From: Octopus bimaculoides
Taxonomy: Eukaryota
DNA: 64,000 bases
Direction: 5' to 3'
Assembly: GCF_001194135.2 (NCBI RefSeq)
Contig: NC_068999.1
Span: 2,428,046 to 2,492,045 of the forward strand
Numbering within the stretch: the stretch's first letter is position 1; every line of letters starts with the position of its first letter. Shown here piece by piece: positions 62,579 to 64,000 of this stretch. The translations under genes were made by a program, and so were the position numbers. The notes under the pieces were generated by a model. The model did not search any database, had not been told where the DNA came from, and worked only from the letters and a program-made list of their open reading frames with translations.

Positions 62579-63419
62579 TATTATATAAAATAGACTTGAA
62601 CTTATTAAAAGTTGGAGTGGTAAAGGACAAAATTCTTTTGCTCATGAATCTACATGTTCCAGGACAGACCGGAAGGGAGTAAGAAAAAATAAAGACCGTA
62701 TCAGCGATAGGGAGCCGGTATCTCGTCGTTCGACTTGCTAGAAACAATAGCCAACTCTTCCTCAAACAGCACCCTACCGTTTAAAAAGATTACGGTTTTA
62801 ACTATTTGGTACAAGACTCGCAATTTTAGGGGATGGGGTGTGTCGATTACATTGATCTCGGTGCTCAACTGGTACTTAATTTTATCAATTCCGAAAGTAT
62901 GAAAGGCAAAATTGACCCCAGGGGAATTTCAACCCAGAACGTAAAGAGCCGGAACGATTTCAAAAAACGTAAACCGACAATTAGTCGTATTTGAGCCCAA
63001 AGCTGTCAATAATTTTACAGCTGGTTCGTTAATTTCTTTTATTTATTTGTTTGTTTTCATGACGTGTCGAAGGCGGGTTGGAAAAATGAAACAGACAATA
63101 GTGCTCGCGCACACATGCACACCCACTGACTTGAATAGTGAAACATACTCGCACAATCTATGTAATGTTCAGTTTCATTTCAAGATTTCTATTCGAGGCT
63201 CATTCATTAGAATTTCCATATCGGCAACAGGGTATTTTTGTTGTATGTATGTATATGTGCAGATTTGTACGTTTTGCTTTATGTATGTATTCTCATGCAT
63301 ACAGTTGCATATCTAGACATGCTCATATATACTTAAATGATAAACTTCTGGAAAGTTTCACAGATTTTTACAGTTCCAGTGAGGGATTGGATCTGCAGTC
63401 TTTGAATTAGCTTTCGCCT

Positions 63420-64000
63420 GTGTGTATGTATGTATGTATGTATGTATGTATGTATGTGTATACATACATACATACGTAGATGGTAAGTGAACATGCATGT
63501 GCGCGCGGCCTTGTTGGGCTTTATGCATTTGTATTCGCTCACACGCATAAACACACACTTGAATGCACAATGGATGAATGGATGTATGTATGTATTCATG
63601 TATGTACATACATATGAAAGATGTGTGCGTGTATGTATGAGTGAATACAAATACATAAAGCTGAACATGCTCGCACATACACACACACACACGCGCACAC
63701 ACATACACTCATTATCTTTCATATACATATACATACATGAACACATACATAAATTCATTGTGCAAGTGCGTGTTTGTGTGTGGATAGATACATAAAGCCC
63801 ATCATGCTTGCGCGCGCACACACACACACACGTTCACCCATTATCTTTCATACATACATACGCACGCACACACACACACACATACATACAAACATACATA
63901 CATACATATATACATACGCACGCACACACATACATACATACATACATACATACATACAACATACATACATACACACACACTTACATACATACATACATAC
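63420..64000. repeat. Compound (TATG)n/(CA)n/(TACA)n microsatellite region
   Basis: Direct reading. Confidence 0.95.

Overview
AT-rich, microsatellite- and SINE-dense animal genomic DNA. The repeat families and intron style suggest an Octopus-type cephalopod (inference). Four complete spliced housekeeping genes were reconstructed exon by exon with consistent phases: ELP3 (+, 17 exons, 2690-15183, one GC-AG intron), RTCA (-, 11 exons, 29160-18302), DBT (+, 10 exons, 33623-46795) and thioredoxin (-, 5 exons, 60684-50489). There is also an orphan minus-strand exon near the left edge. RTCA and DBT are head-to-head, as I recall for the human pair. Introns and spacers carry several SINE families, mariner/Tc1, pogo/Tigger, hAT and Harbinger-like elements, and R4- and CR1-type LINE fragments. 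The most notable unannotated signal is a set of hammerhead-ribozyme motifs. One apparently intact type I hammerhead lies in the sense strand of ELP3 intron 15 (about 18 bp of stem I, palindromic mini stem III, loop-bulge complementarity), and four minimal or degenerate Penelope-type motifs of different sequence lie elsewhere. Other oddities: a STAT/kB-motif tandem array in ELP3 intron 8, a long foldback probably inside the RTCA 3' UTR, a pre-miRNA-like hairpin, and a mariner built from two inverted 5' ends. Structures were paired by eye; repeat boundaries are approximate; there are seven N gaps.
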